64,000 nt of DNA from Hydrolagus affinis (lineage: Eukaryota), in the NCBI GenBank assembly GCA_012026655.1, contig JAAILG010001364.1, positions 1-64,000 of the forward strand, in the 5' to 3' direction. Position 1 is the first letter of the stretch. Each line of letters opens with the position of its first letter. Below, one piece after another: positions 1-11,360 of this stretch. Below the pieces are notes generated by a model, which saw only the letters and a program-made list of their open reading frames with translations, was not told the DNA's origin and ran no database searches. The translations under genes and the position numbers were made by a program.

Positions 1-144
1 GTCCGGGTGGGCTTGTAGGGGGAGAGTAGATTGGTTAAATAGGGCGGGGCAAGGCCGTGTAAGGCCTTGAAGGTGAGGACGAGGATCTTGAACTCGATCC
101 TCTGGAGAATGGGGAGCCAGTGGAGACAGGCGAGGGTGGGGGTT
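1..144 (-). mobile_element. L2 LINE fragment (ORF2 C-terminal region), runs off window start
   Basis: Minus strand translates TPTLACLHWLPILQRIEFKILVLTFKALHGLAPPYLTNLL, the hallmark L2 ORF2 C-terminal motif; near-identical to 54240-54383. Confidence 0.9.
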
Positions 145-489
145 CTCCCCATTGCTTTTTGTGATGTCAAATTAGGCATTGGAGTAGTCTGTTTCTAGCA
201 GTCATGGTAATAGGGATCCTTCCCACTTAGCTCCTGTTAACTCTGAAGGGTTAATAAATGCCTCTTGGGTAGGGTGATCCTAGCTGGACAATTGGCAAGA
301 CATTTGCCAGTCAATGCTTTAGCTTTAGCTGGTTGAACTCCAGCAATATCCCAATACTGGATCTCCAAGCCTTGGCTTCTAACATGCCTAGTACTCTCTG
401 GAATTACTTGAAGCAGGGTGTGCCCCTCCAAGGAGAGAGTAAACATTCCACATAAGTCAGAAATCAGCTGCCAAAAAGAATGCTCATTC

Positions 490-650
490 CCAACAATACA
501 TTCACAATAATGTGGATTGGATATTGCTGTGTGCAAATTGGTGTTTCTCTACAAATACGTGTTACTTCACTATACCACAGTTATCTGTGAAGTGCTTTGA
601 AATACATCAACTTTATAAATCATATATCAGATATATTATTATTATTATTG
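490..650 (+). mobile_element. Old Deu-type SINE 3' half
   Basis: ttgctgtgtgcaaattgg, then gtgaagtgctttga, ending in (tta)n. Confidence 0.65.
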
Positions 651-2505
651 CTTGACAATTTCCTGAACAGAATTGACACCAAAGTGAGAGCTTTGGAAAA
701 ATATGGCAGCTCTGAATGGTAGTATGAGTATCCTATCAAAACTGATCATAAATTGAGGCATTTCATATATGAAGTCTTGTTTTTGAAGAGTTTGTGAGAA
801 AAGGAATATGCGAATGGAGCATTACTCAATATAATAATAGGGTAGGAAGTAACATTAAAATGCAAATGATATGATAAGTTACTGAAGATGAATAATAAGA
901 TGCTTAGAGGGATAACTGAGCTGGAAGGATGAAACAATGGACACAAAGCAGGCAGAGGAGATAATAATGAGTATAAGGAATATGTGTGTGTGTATGAGAG
1001 TGAGAGAAGGTTGAATCTTACCTAATTTATGGAACAATTCATCTATTGGCGGATTCAGTGTCAGATTCATCAACTACTTTCCTACCATTGTGTTAAACTT
1101 ACATTGAAAGTGAGTCAAAACACAGTTCAGAATATCTGTAATAGACGTGTGTGCTGCATTCATGCATAGTCTTTTGTTACATTTAATTTTAATTCAAAAT
1201 TAGCACTTTCAGGAGAAACACAGACAGTTAAGGGGAAAAAAAGGCCTTGTGTTGACTTGCTTTCTGGTTCATGAAAGCTGTTCTAAATGATAAACTTCAG
1301 AGTTTTCATCAACTAGGAAGATCAGGTACAAATGTTGAGGTCGAGGAGCAAAGAGAAAGGAGAGATAAAATTAATGTGAGGACAGCTTAGTGTGAAGAAA
1401 GAAAATACTTCATGAAAGATAATGTAATCATTTAATCTCCGACCTCACAGGCACTCAGATTCATGATAAGATTTGGTTCTACTGTTTCTAATTTCAGATA
1501 TCGTAAAAATCACTGAATAACATTAACACTACAGTTCTGAAAATGATTGCTGAATGAAGTTTTAAAAAAATACATTTTATGGGTTTAAACAAGTTGTTAA
1601 TCAATGTTATGCATCTCTGAGGTTTCTGTCAGCAACTCTTTCCTAAGGTTTCCATCTGGTTTTCCATGGAGATGACAGAGTTTTCTTCGTCCTTTTGGTG
1701 CAATATGCAGAGAATCCACAAGATGTTCCGAGTGATATGGAAAAAGGCTAATAGAGCTATTTGTTGACTTTGTGTGATAGATGAGCCTTCAGATGTCTGG
1801 AGCAGTTGCTGAACTGGTTCCATGGAAGATCCTGAACTGCAACCACCTGTGTTTCCTTCTAGCTATATCAGCATCACAGATGTTGGATGAATGTTACTGT
1901 CAGATATCACGCGCATACTTCATTACTGGATCTTCTACAGTTACCAAATGGAAACCGATAACATTATGAGCAACAATACGTTGACTGCTCTTGATGAATT
2001 CTTGGTTAATGAGAATTGCTCTGAGGTGCAGCAGAGTGAACTAGCGAAGACCAATTATTTTTATTTTTAATATAAGAAAATCCATTTCTATTGTCTGGAT
2101 AGAATGCTATCTATACAGGTGCTGTATACTATATTTACTCCATTAGTGAAGGAAGCCAGTATAATTCACTGGTGGCATTGAAGCTCATGTAAATTGGATA
2201 TGTTAGTGTTCTTCTACAAAAAAAAGCCTCTATGTATGTCTACAGGTTTTTGCAATGCAGTGTAAAGACCCATTAAAATGTGATTGATGTGATCCATAAA
2301 ATCCCATATCATTAATCTTATAAAGGGGACGATTGCCTATGAGGGCTTTTGCATTATAATGTAAGAATCACAATACTGTTGATGTTCAGAAAGCCCCTGG
2401 TCTTTATTGAAAAAAAAGATGACTTCTTGGTCCTAAAGATTCGACTAACCTCACTTCCTGTTGCCATGCACAGCATGCTGAAAGCAACATCGCCAGTGAC
2501 ATGAT

Positions 2506-2750
2506 GTGGTGCTCCTGTGGCTCAGTGGTTAGAGCACTTGTCTTGCAAGCTGGGGAGACCAAGCTGGAGAGACCTGTGTTCGAATCCAGGCAGGTCAGGG
2601 CGAAACCTTGGGCAAGTTTCCTTACTCTACACGCCTAATAATAATCCCTCCAAAAAGCCACAATAATAAAATTGGTCATTTCAATCCATGACTGTGTGTG
2701 GGACACTGTTGTGCGCAATTGCCTGCCGTGATTCGCCCACGAATATATAC
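2506..2750 (+). mobile_element. Young tRNA-derived SINE (SINE2-1_CM-like), 3'-truncated
   Basis: A box tggctcagtgg, B box gttcgaatcc; body matches the other copies in the window; lacks the tail. Confidence 0.92.
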
Positions 2751-3032
2751 ATGAGAAAGTCCATGAGAAAGTCCTAACATTAAATCTAAAACACTGCATT
2801 TGTTTTCAGAGTGGCACTTACATTGTGAAAATCTCTTACGTAAGTTGATGTCTAATTATGAACCACACAATGGGGTGAAAAGTGTGACATTTCATAACAT
2901 TCAATGTGGCATTAGACTGCTATGAAATATTGCATTTTTAATGGCAATGTTACAAGTAGTTATTACAGAAGTGAGATGTTTCCAGTTAGGCGAACATATC
3001 CCTGCTGCCATTCTTCACTGAAGACAAACTAA

Positions 3033-3080
3033 ATGGGACATCCTCCCAACGTGAAAGGTGCTACCTAAATGTTGTTGTTG
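3033..3080 (+). mobile_element. L2 3' tail stub
   Basis: tgggacatcctcccaacgtgaaaggtgcta followed by (ttg)n. Confidence 0.7.
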
Positions 3081-3129
3081 TAAATCACGATAGAAATGTG
3101 AAGCTGTGATAGATTTTGAATGCTGAGCT

Positions 3130-3290
3130 GAACAGGGAGTCAGCCTTGGCTAATTAGTTTCCTTCCTTTGATGTGGCAAATTGCAATGCTCGCATTACTG
3201 CTCCAGGTAAGATCAGCTAATTCATTACTGATCAGGGATCTGGCCTGAGATACCTTGGATTAGAAAGGCTGAGTTTCCTGCTAGGTAGTG
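3130..3290 (-). mobile_element. Ancient SINE-like family (second family), 5' half
   Basis: agatcagctaattca...gatcagggatc motif shared with copies near 11070, 43218 and 52980 and with the + copy at 45740. Confidence 0.5.
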
Positions 3291-3345
3291 GCACAACCAA
3301 CAACGAGGCCGAGTTTCCTGCTAGGTAGTGGCACAACCAACAACG
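3266..3345. repeat. 40-bp tandem duplication
   Basis: agg(c)(t/c)gagtttcctgctaggtagtggcacaaccaacaacg occurs twice with one mismatch. Confidence 0.95.
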
Positions 3346-3407
3346 ACAACAACAAAATTACATTTATAGAGCACATTTCAGGTCTGGAGACATCCCAAGG
3401 CGCTGGA
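3341..3407 (-). mobile_element. L2 3' tail stub
   Basis: (caa)n-aaattacatttatagagc...catcccaaggcgctgga. Confidence 0.8.
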
Positions 3408-5849
3408 AGGAGTCCAAGAATGTTTTTTAGGACTGGATCCGGATTGGGGATCATTAGAAGAAAATAACAGAGGCCCGAATAATCGATAATCTTACTGTAG
3501 AGCAGTAAAAAGAAATAATAATAGACTACAGATTAGGTGTATTGTGATTCAGCACATAACAAGTCATATGAGGTATTAGAATATGATGGATTTACATGCA
3601 GATGTGGCTCAGTGTGTGCTCATACGGGTCTGTCAACAAACAGATTCCAACCACAGGGGATCAGCTGGCAGGGAATAAAGAGAACAGGGATGCTGCCATG
3701 TGGCAGAGTTTGTTTGTTTGTATTTTCTGCTCAGTTTGCCTCCACCCTGTTCTTTATGGCGATGAGCGAATGAACGACTGATTGAGCAAGTTGGTTATAA
3801 ACATCTGCCGGGAAAACTGTCTCAGCTGCCAATCTTCTCTGGTGCCAGAATGCCCAGGTGTATCTGTTGTTTATTTGAAAATGTAACCAGCTACCAGTCT
3901 GACAATAATACAAAATCAACAACAGAGTATGCATTGGAGAATTCCTTGTTTGTTATAAACACTGGGATAGATTTCTAAAGGTCTATCACTCCAAAGATCA
4001 TTCATCAAACTTTGTTCCCATCCAAGTCAGACGTTCTTATTCCTCTCCAGCTATGTTGAACAGTTTCAGCCTATGTCATTTTCAGATCACTTGCGGTTGG
4101 ATTTTGTACCATTTCATTACATAAACTGCAATTTCATACAGGACCAGATAGAATGCAAAGAAAAATTGTGATGCTTTCTTGACAGTTTTTTTTTGCTGTC
4201 TGGCAATCTTTTTTGTGCAGCGAGGACGAACCTACCCATTGAGAGTTTGGCTTGCAGGGTATACAGGAGCTGATTGGCACTCCTTAGAATTTGTACTTTA
4301 CTTTTGGATTCTAACGACAATAAGACAAGGACACCTTTTTTACTATCCCGGTTCTTTGGGCTACATCCAAAATTCAGCTCACAGGGAGTGTGTTCAATTC
4401 AATGAGCGGCATTGTAACTGTATATTTGACAGTTAATATCACTTGACAGCATACAGACATTGATGTCAGTAATATAGAAGCACGTCGTCAGAGTAGATTT
4501 TCTTAAAACTGAGTAGAACAGTAGCTGACATGTCTTGATACTGATTCGTGAAACTGCATTAGAACAAATTAGAATGAAAGTGTCAGGCAATGTTCAATCT
4601 TCAAGGAGAAGAATCAAAATATTTCAATCTGTGAATCTAAAATTCTAAGTTGTGCTTTAGTGGTTTGAAAATTCAATGGAAAATTAGCAGACAAGGGAAC
4701 TCTCTTTTTAAAAAATACTTTTTTCAAGGGAAGACACAAACAAAAGCTACAACTTAGACTGGTGTCACCCAGGTTTAAGTGAAGTTCTGTGCTATGATTT
4801 CCGAATGTCGTGTGCTCCATTAAGAGGAAGAAAAAAAATAAATGCAGGCACCTCCTCACAGAAAGCCCCACAAATGGTTTTGCATGTAATAACCAAAATT
4901 AGAACAAAATATAAATATTTCACGATTGTCCTTTGCAGGTAACAGTGTATCTGGATTTTACCATCTGTTCTTAAGTTTATTTTTTTTCAGTTTTCATCAA
5001 ACACATTGTCGACTGTAAAACCATTTAAAATATTTATTCAGGATAGTGAGCCTAGCCAATGTAACGTTAGGAAAAGGTTATGACCCATTTTCCCTAAATG
5101 ACTGACTAACAGAAGGAAATGTAAATGCATCCCCAAGGTACATTAGAGTAGCAACAAAAGCTATCAATGCGCTTCCACTCAAGCTAGGAATAAAATAACT
5201 GCTGTCAGTGGCAAATGAACATATATCACATTTTACTTCTCACTATATATCACTCGATGGTTCACTGTCTGCTGATGCTTTTAGAGATTCCCTGGGCTGT
5301 TGAAAGGCCCAATTCAGCTCCCCATATAGCGCTTAAATTTTTTATAATAAAAGTAATTTACAGGTGCAAGCAAATAAATTAGCACCACAAATGCTGCTAA
5401 ATCACATAATCAACCTGATTGATTTTATGCTAGGATTTGAGATGTATGGATACTTTGTGGCATCTCTGTCAGCAAAGAGAATGGAAGTCAAAACCTTTCA
5501 ATTTTGAAGGAAAAGCGGAGAAATTTGTCATGGGATTGCAGTGAATGGAAGAATTGTCTAAGCAAAATCCTGACCAGTTTATAAATGTTTCTTCATAGCC
5601 ATTGAAAAGCACACAGACACAAATTTCTCTGAAGAACAGTCAATGACAAACATTGAGGTTTTAGTTCTGAAAGCAATCTAAAGGCGTCTGATTTAGTGTT
5701 AATGATCTGAATTATGATCTGAATTGCCACATTAAGGGCACAGGAACAAAAACGTATCTTTTTACATATACTCACCATTTTCTTCACCGCTGTATTTGTT
5801 AGGGACATTGCAATATCATATTTCATCATGTGAAAATTGCAATCTAGGT

Positions 5850-5937
5850 AATAATAATAGTCCTTGCATTTGATATAGCCGTTTTCATAACTTCTAGATG
5901 TCTCAAAGAGCTTCACAGAATATACTGTATATTTGTA
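5850..5937 (-). mobile_element. Young SINE 3' tail
   Basis: (taa)n-tccttgcatttgatatagc...ttcacagaatatactgta. Confidence 0.85.
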
Positions 5938-5939
5938 TA

Positions 5940-7077
5940 CAGGTACACCGCCCCAATCGCGCCCTTGACAACTGCGAAACTCACGCATCCACCGTTTGCT
6001 AAATGCGACAACCCTTGTAAACTGCAGCAATATGTTTTGTGCATCCGCGGGTATCCGCGGATTAAAATTTTCAAGTTTCGCTCTTCCAAACAAGAGACCA
6101 TATTCACCCGTGATTTAGTGTGTATTCATCCGCTCTGCGTTTCCTGCCTATCAGCAGCTTTACTACCACATATGATCTAGCTGCACTCGTGGATCTTCAG
6201 GTACTGTGTGTGTGCAAACATTGTCCCATTGCTGCACATTCTGCACATTCTGCCTTTAAAGGAATCCATGGATGAACTGAGGAAGACGACACTCAACGCC
6301 TGCTGGGGTAAACTGTGGAAGGAGGCAGTGACCAACTTACAAGGCGTCCCTGCATTTGACCCTGAAGTTCTGCTCATTGTCGAGGTTTCTCAACGTTTGG
6401 AGGCGAGGGGCTGTCTGACATGCAGCCTGGTGACATTGAGGAGCTCCTTGAGTCACACAGCGAGGAGTTGACGGAGGAGGACCTTAATGAGCTAATACAG
6501 CATTCTGGTGAGGCAGAGGACGAGGATATGGTGGAGAAGCCGAGGATGACAAGTGCCAACCTTAGCAATGCAATGCTCCTTGCTAATAAACTCTCGGACA
6601 CCTTTATAGAGATTGACCCATTCATGGAGCATAGCTTAAAATTCAAGCGAGGTTTGGAGGATTTAATGAGACCATACAAGCATGTCCTGAAAGATATGCA
6701 GAACAAAATGGGTCAACCATCCATCTCAAAATTCTTTAATAAATCGCCCACCACTGATGAGCCAGTTGCATTAACCAACCACGATATCGCTTCTCCACAT
6801 TCATCCACCTCGCACTTGTCGGTGGTTTATGTTCTGGATGAGGAGGAAGAGGGTATACAGGGCCCCTCTTCCATGTAACAGCACGTTACAACCACCTCCC
6901 CCATCATCATTACGATTTTGGATTTACATTAATAAATGTATGTAAGTATGTTATAACTGTGTCTGTGTTTTTTTTGTGTTTAGTTCTACGAAACACGAAC
7001 TTACTCCCCCTATCCCCATGTTTCCCATAGGGTCTTGCATTTTCCAACCGCGAAAAAGCGAACTTACTCCCCCTATC
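5940..7077 (+). mobile_element. pogo/Tigger-family DNA transposon, internally deleted and missing its right end
   Basis: Starts TA|CAGGTACACC, has a CpG-rich subterminal region and carries transposase C-terminal coding remnants. Confidence 0.8.
6250..6878 (+). pseudogene. Tigger1/TIGD1-like transposase C-terminal remnant, frameshifted near 6410
   Basis: LNACWGKLW in frame 6208-6471, then DIEELLESHSEELTEEDLNEL...DPFMEHSLKFKR...QPSISKFF in 6420-6878; no HTH or DDE core present. Confidence 0.85.
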
Positions 7078-7293
7078 AGTCAGTCGGCTCCAGCCCCCCG
7101 GCCTCGAGCCTCCTGACCCGGCAGCCGGCCGGTGGAATCAGTCAGTGGATATTCAGATGAAAACTCAAAAAAAAGTATATTTTATGCAATTTTCCGAATA
7201 AATTCCGGTTAATCAAATGCGAACCTTTTTTTTGCAATGCCGGTTATACGGAAGTTACGGTTGATCAGGTGCCGTATAAATGGGCTTTTACTG
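7078..7293. mobile_element. Terminal piece of a second Tigger-like element
   Basis: Ends ...ggtgccgtataaatgggcttttaCTG|TA, i.e. TIR CAGTAAAAGCCCATTTATACGGCACC, which differs from the left TIR at 5940. Confidence 0.7.
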
Positions 7294-7359
7294 TATATTG
7301 TCAAGCGATTCTAGACATGCTTCTGACGTGAAAGCCCCTATAGAAAATGTAAGGTTATT

Positions 7360-7595
7360 CTTACATCCAGTGGCATTGCTGGAAAATGTACGTCTGTAGT
7401 AAAATATAAGATGGGAAACAGGATCAAGCTTGGCAATGATGATTCTCAGTGTGAAACAGCCCAAGACACTCACCATCCAGCCTCACACGTGAATGAATGC
7501 CCCCTTGGGTAAGGTACTGGAGGGCAAACAATGTCTGTGGAACCAAAGCCCTAGCAAGCTTCAGTATATCCAGCAGATGGGACGGGAATAGAGGT
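7360..7595 (+). mobile_element. Ancient SINE-like family, 3' half
   Basis: atccagtggcattgctggaaa...acaggatcaagcttggc...gacactcac...ttgggtaaggtactggagggc; overlaps in sequence with the 3' part of the 45740 copy. Confidence 0.55.
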
Positions 7596-7704
7596 AAATA
7601 TTGCCCCCAAAAATCTACCTGTAGGCTGCTAAGTTGCTATTCCAGATGAAATGTAAGGTTAAAAAAACTTTGGAGGTTTAAATACAAAAGCACTCCCTTT
7701 TCAA

Positions 7705-7880
7705 GTGTATGTTGCAAAACACACAGATCAATCAACATCTGAAAGAGAAAAATTGGTTACTATTTTGGAAGTGACCCTTGGTTTTGTTCTGTTGAAGGGT
7801 CAAACCTGAAAGATTAACCCTTTTTGAGCTGCTCATCAAATTGTTGAAGCATATCCAGCATTTCGGCATATTATTTCAAA
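7705..7880. mobile_element. Decayed Penelope-type inverted-repeat element with hammerhead-like core
   Basis: Same layout as 14392-14572; centre tgaccctt...ctgttga-agg-gtcaaa-cct-gaaa. Confidence 0.55.
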
Positions 7881-7934
7881 TTTGCTTTGTTGTGATATTT
7901 CAGAAGCCACTGAGACAGCAGAAGCAAACCAAGG

Positions 7935-8740
7935 GTCACATATCACCACGACATAAGAGGGCTTTGCAGGCCCTGGAGGCAGTGCAGAGGAAAGCAACGA
8001 GAACAGTCCCTAATGATAGAAGAAATATCTATGAGGAACAATTAGAGAAGCTAGGTCTTCTTAATCTTGGAAAGAGATGTCACAGAAAGGACGTTATAGA
8101 GGAATTGAAGAATTTAAATCAGATTCAGAATGTAAGCATTAATCAATAGTTCAAGATGGCTGAGACATCAGAAAATGAGGACACAGGGTTAGAATCGCAA
8201 AGGGTAATTTCAAAGCAGATAACAACAACTTGCATTTATACCGAGCCCTATAAGGCTGAAAACACAACCACTGATGGTGGTGCAGAAGGGACGAGGGATA
8301 TGCAAAAGGTCAGGGCCATCTGAACAAAGGGCATGAATAGAGCAGGTTGGATTGGTAGGGAAGTGCTAGGGCATGTAGTGATTCATAAACAAGTATGAGG
8401 AACTCAAAATCAATCTGTCAGCAATAGAGTCCCAGTAAAGCCTGGGAAGAAGGACTGTGGTAATGAGATGCCTGAATTTGATGTGGGTGAGGATATAGGC
8501 AGCAAAGCTTTGAATTAATTGGATTTTATGAGAGGAGAAAATTGGAAAATCAAGAAGTAGTTATTTATCCAGAGAGTAATTAATGATTTAAATGGTTTAC
8601 CAGGACGGATGGTTGAGACTTAGATGCTGGATTCATTTATATAATACCTTAATTCTGTATTGGGAAGACGCCACGGTAGGTATGCTGGAAGGAAGAGATC
8701 CAATGGGTCAAAGGGATTTTGTCAACAGAATTTCTCTTTC
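7935..8740 (+). mobile_element. CR1 LINE 3' fragment interrupted by an L2
   Basis: SPRHKRALQALEAVQRKATRTVP...YEEQLEKLGLLNLGKR matches the CR1 ORF2 C-terminus; CR1 resumes at 8549 (atcaagaagtagttatttatccagagagt). Confidence 0.85.
8221..8548 (-). mobile_element. Old L2 3' fragment nested in CR1
   Basis: Begins aacaacaacttgcatttata (L2 tail); purine-rich body like other minus-strand L2 copies. Confidence 0.65.
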
Positions 8741-9612
8741 GATGCTGCTTGAGATTATTGGTATTCTGTCTGGCAGACACAGACAGAATACTATTAATCT
8801 CAAACACAGAAAGGCCTTGGCAAAGCTAATGGAGAGGGAATGTGTATTGGTCTTGTGTAAATGAGCTGGCAGAGTTTGTGAGAAGTAGGATTAGCTGTCT
8901 GTTGGAATAGACAAGTGACACTATCACATGATTGGGCTGAACTGAATACAAAGCAACAGAAAACATTCTCAGTTCTTATTGGAGCGACCCTTGATTTTTT
9001 TGTTGTTGTGTTCTATAAACCCTGTTTATGCACAAACCTATTTCCATATTCTAGGCTCAGCATTTAAATCAAAACAAGCGGAATGGGTGGAGGCGGCCTG
9101 CGGCAACAGTGGGCAGCTGCCCACTCATGCAAAACATCTCATGATTGTGTGCACAAACCAATTACATTATCTTTTGTGCATGCACTTGCATGTACCCCCA
9201 AATACTGTAAGCAAATGTCACATTATGTATGCACTTGTTAGCAAACTGGAAAGGTAGAATGAAAGGAAAGAGACAGACTCCAGATGTTACAGAGTGTGAT
9301 ACAAGAGCTGGAGAGGAGGAAGGCTAAGTTGGGGGAGGGGAGGGAGTGTGGGCAAGCGAAAGTGGGGAGAGAGCTCAGTAAGCAAAGTACCACCAGCTGA
9401 TACCAGCATATATAGCTCAGCAAACTCAAAGTGTCTGAAATGGAGTTAATAATTAGATATACTTCCAATGTTTACCATCAAATTGAGGTTATATTCCATT
9501 GCAATTCCTGGATGGATTTAGCTTTGGAGTATCCACAATAACATAATATTACAATACAATTCCAAAATAGCTATTACCTGATTAAAAAGCAAAAAGCACT
9601 GCAGAGAGAACA

Positions 9613-9817
9613 AATAATAATCCCTCAAAAAAAACAATAATAAATTGTTCATTTCAATCTATGACTGCTTGTGGGACACTGCTGTGCACAATTGGCTGCC
9701 GCGTTTCGCCCACATATATACAGTCAATTCACTTTACAGGATATTCTGTGAAGCCCTTTGAGACGTCTTGAAGACATGAAAAGCGCTACATCAAATGCAA
9801 GGATGATTATTATTATT
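9613..9817 (+). mobile_element. Young SINE, 5'-truncated
   Basis: Body and (tta)n tail match the family. Confidence 0.92.
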
Positions 9818-11229
9818 AAAGTCATTGTCAACATCCACATAAGTGTCCAAAATCTGTTTCTACCTGACTCAAGGTTTAGCCGGCACTGAATTAATTTGCA
9901 TAATAGGACATAAGATGCTTACTCAGACTTAGATGTACAACGCTATCACATTTTCTAGCTGTAATATGGTTTGAAAATAATAGGTAAAAGGAACTATTAT
10001 CAGCAAACCAGCAGACACCAAGAACACAAAGAAACGTTGTCATGAAATCACTTCAGTCAATAGGATATAATTTAGATATTAGGTTGGAAGAGCGAAGTTC
10101 CTAAAGTATCTCTGTCACCGAATGCTGATTCTATTATAAACAATTCCTTGTAACCTCACTGTCCAGTTTCAGATGAAGTCATGCAAAAGTAATGTGAAAT
10201 AGATCTAATGTTTATTTGCAATTTAAGGAAGCTTCATTTATCTGATAGAAAATGACTCAGATCCCGCTATGAATTTCAATGTGTGTGTGTACTTGTTTTT
10301 AAAAAAAGGAGACTTGTATGGTTAGGTAAGATTTTTAAACAATGGAGTAACCTTGCTCATTCTTGGTCGTACCCCAAGAATGACAGAGCGAGGTAGAATT
10401 TGGATACTATGTGTATTTTTTTGCATGGAAACAATTTTTAAAAATAGAAATGTGTTTACTTTTGCTCACATTATGTTTGGGTTCTCAATGGTTTCATCCT
10501 TGTGACTTCTATACTAACCTTCAACATGTCTCATTCATTGCCATTTCATGACCTTTCCCCACATAGTAGTCTCACAAAGTATCGATATCCATTTAAAGTT
10601 TGATTAATGTAATTGCACAAAAGTTGCAAGACAGCAACAGATTCATAGTGGAGAGAGAGATCCAATTAATGCATGAAGTCTTGCCATTTTATTAAACACG
10701 CCATTATTGATAAAAAAAAATGAAAGAGTAGATTTTATTTGGAATATAATTATAGTCCAAGTGTATTTTTGTTTCTGTTTTTACTTTATTGTCTGATCTT
10801 CAATGGGATACAGTTACTTCACTGACTCACTGTGCACTCTCTGGTTAATTTTACTGTCCTTTTCTTGTTTCAAAATCTTCTTTAGTTGCTAAGACTTTTC
10901 AATTTCACTGTTCACCTTTATCTGACAGGATAGTGACACTGCATGCTGTGCATGGATCAGAAGTGGTGTGAACCTAGTATAACTGAGGTGAGTCAGATTT
11001 GTGTTAGAGCAATTCTGCTTGTACATTCCAGCATGAGGTCTCTAGATAATGATCAGGCGCAGGTAACTTGACTGAGTTTTCCTTTGCTTACTCCAGCAGC
11101 ACAGTGACTGGCTCTGACACCATTATCTCTGAGATCAACCGACTTGACACAAAAGGTTTGAGTCTTGAACGTTTTGGATTTGTACACCCTTGTGTAGCAA
11201 TGCAATTAGTTAAATAAACTATTAGTGCT

Positions 11230-11360
11230 GGTCCATTAGTAGCACGTTATCCTTTAGGTGAGAAGGTTGTGGGTTGAAGCCCCACATCAGGACTTTGAAC
11301 TCAGTCCGGGCTGATACTCTGATGCAGTGCTGAGGGTGTGTTGCATTGTTGGAGGATAAC
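11230..11360 (+). mobile_element. SacSINE1-like (Deu) SINE head
   Basis: gagaaggttgtgggttgaagccccac...gctgatactctgatgcagtgctgagggtgtgttgcattgttggagg, matching the 33910 copy. Confidence 0.7.

Noticed and set aside
1666-2070. ~135-codon plus-strand frame with only three internal TGA stops
   Set aside because: No recognisable domain or splice structure; the stop deficit is modest and could be chance
5593-6093. 166-aa minus-strand ORF
   Set aside because: Runs across the transposon end, a SINE tail and unique DNA; not protein-like
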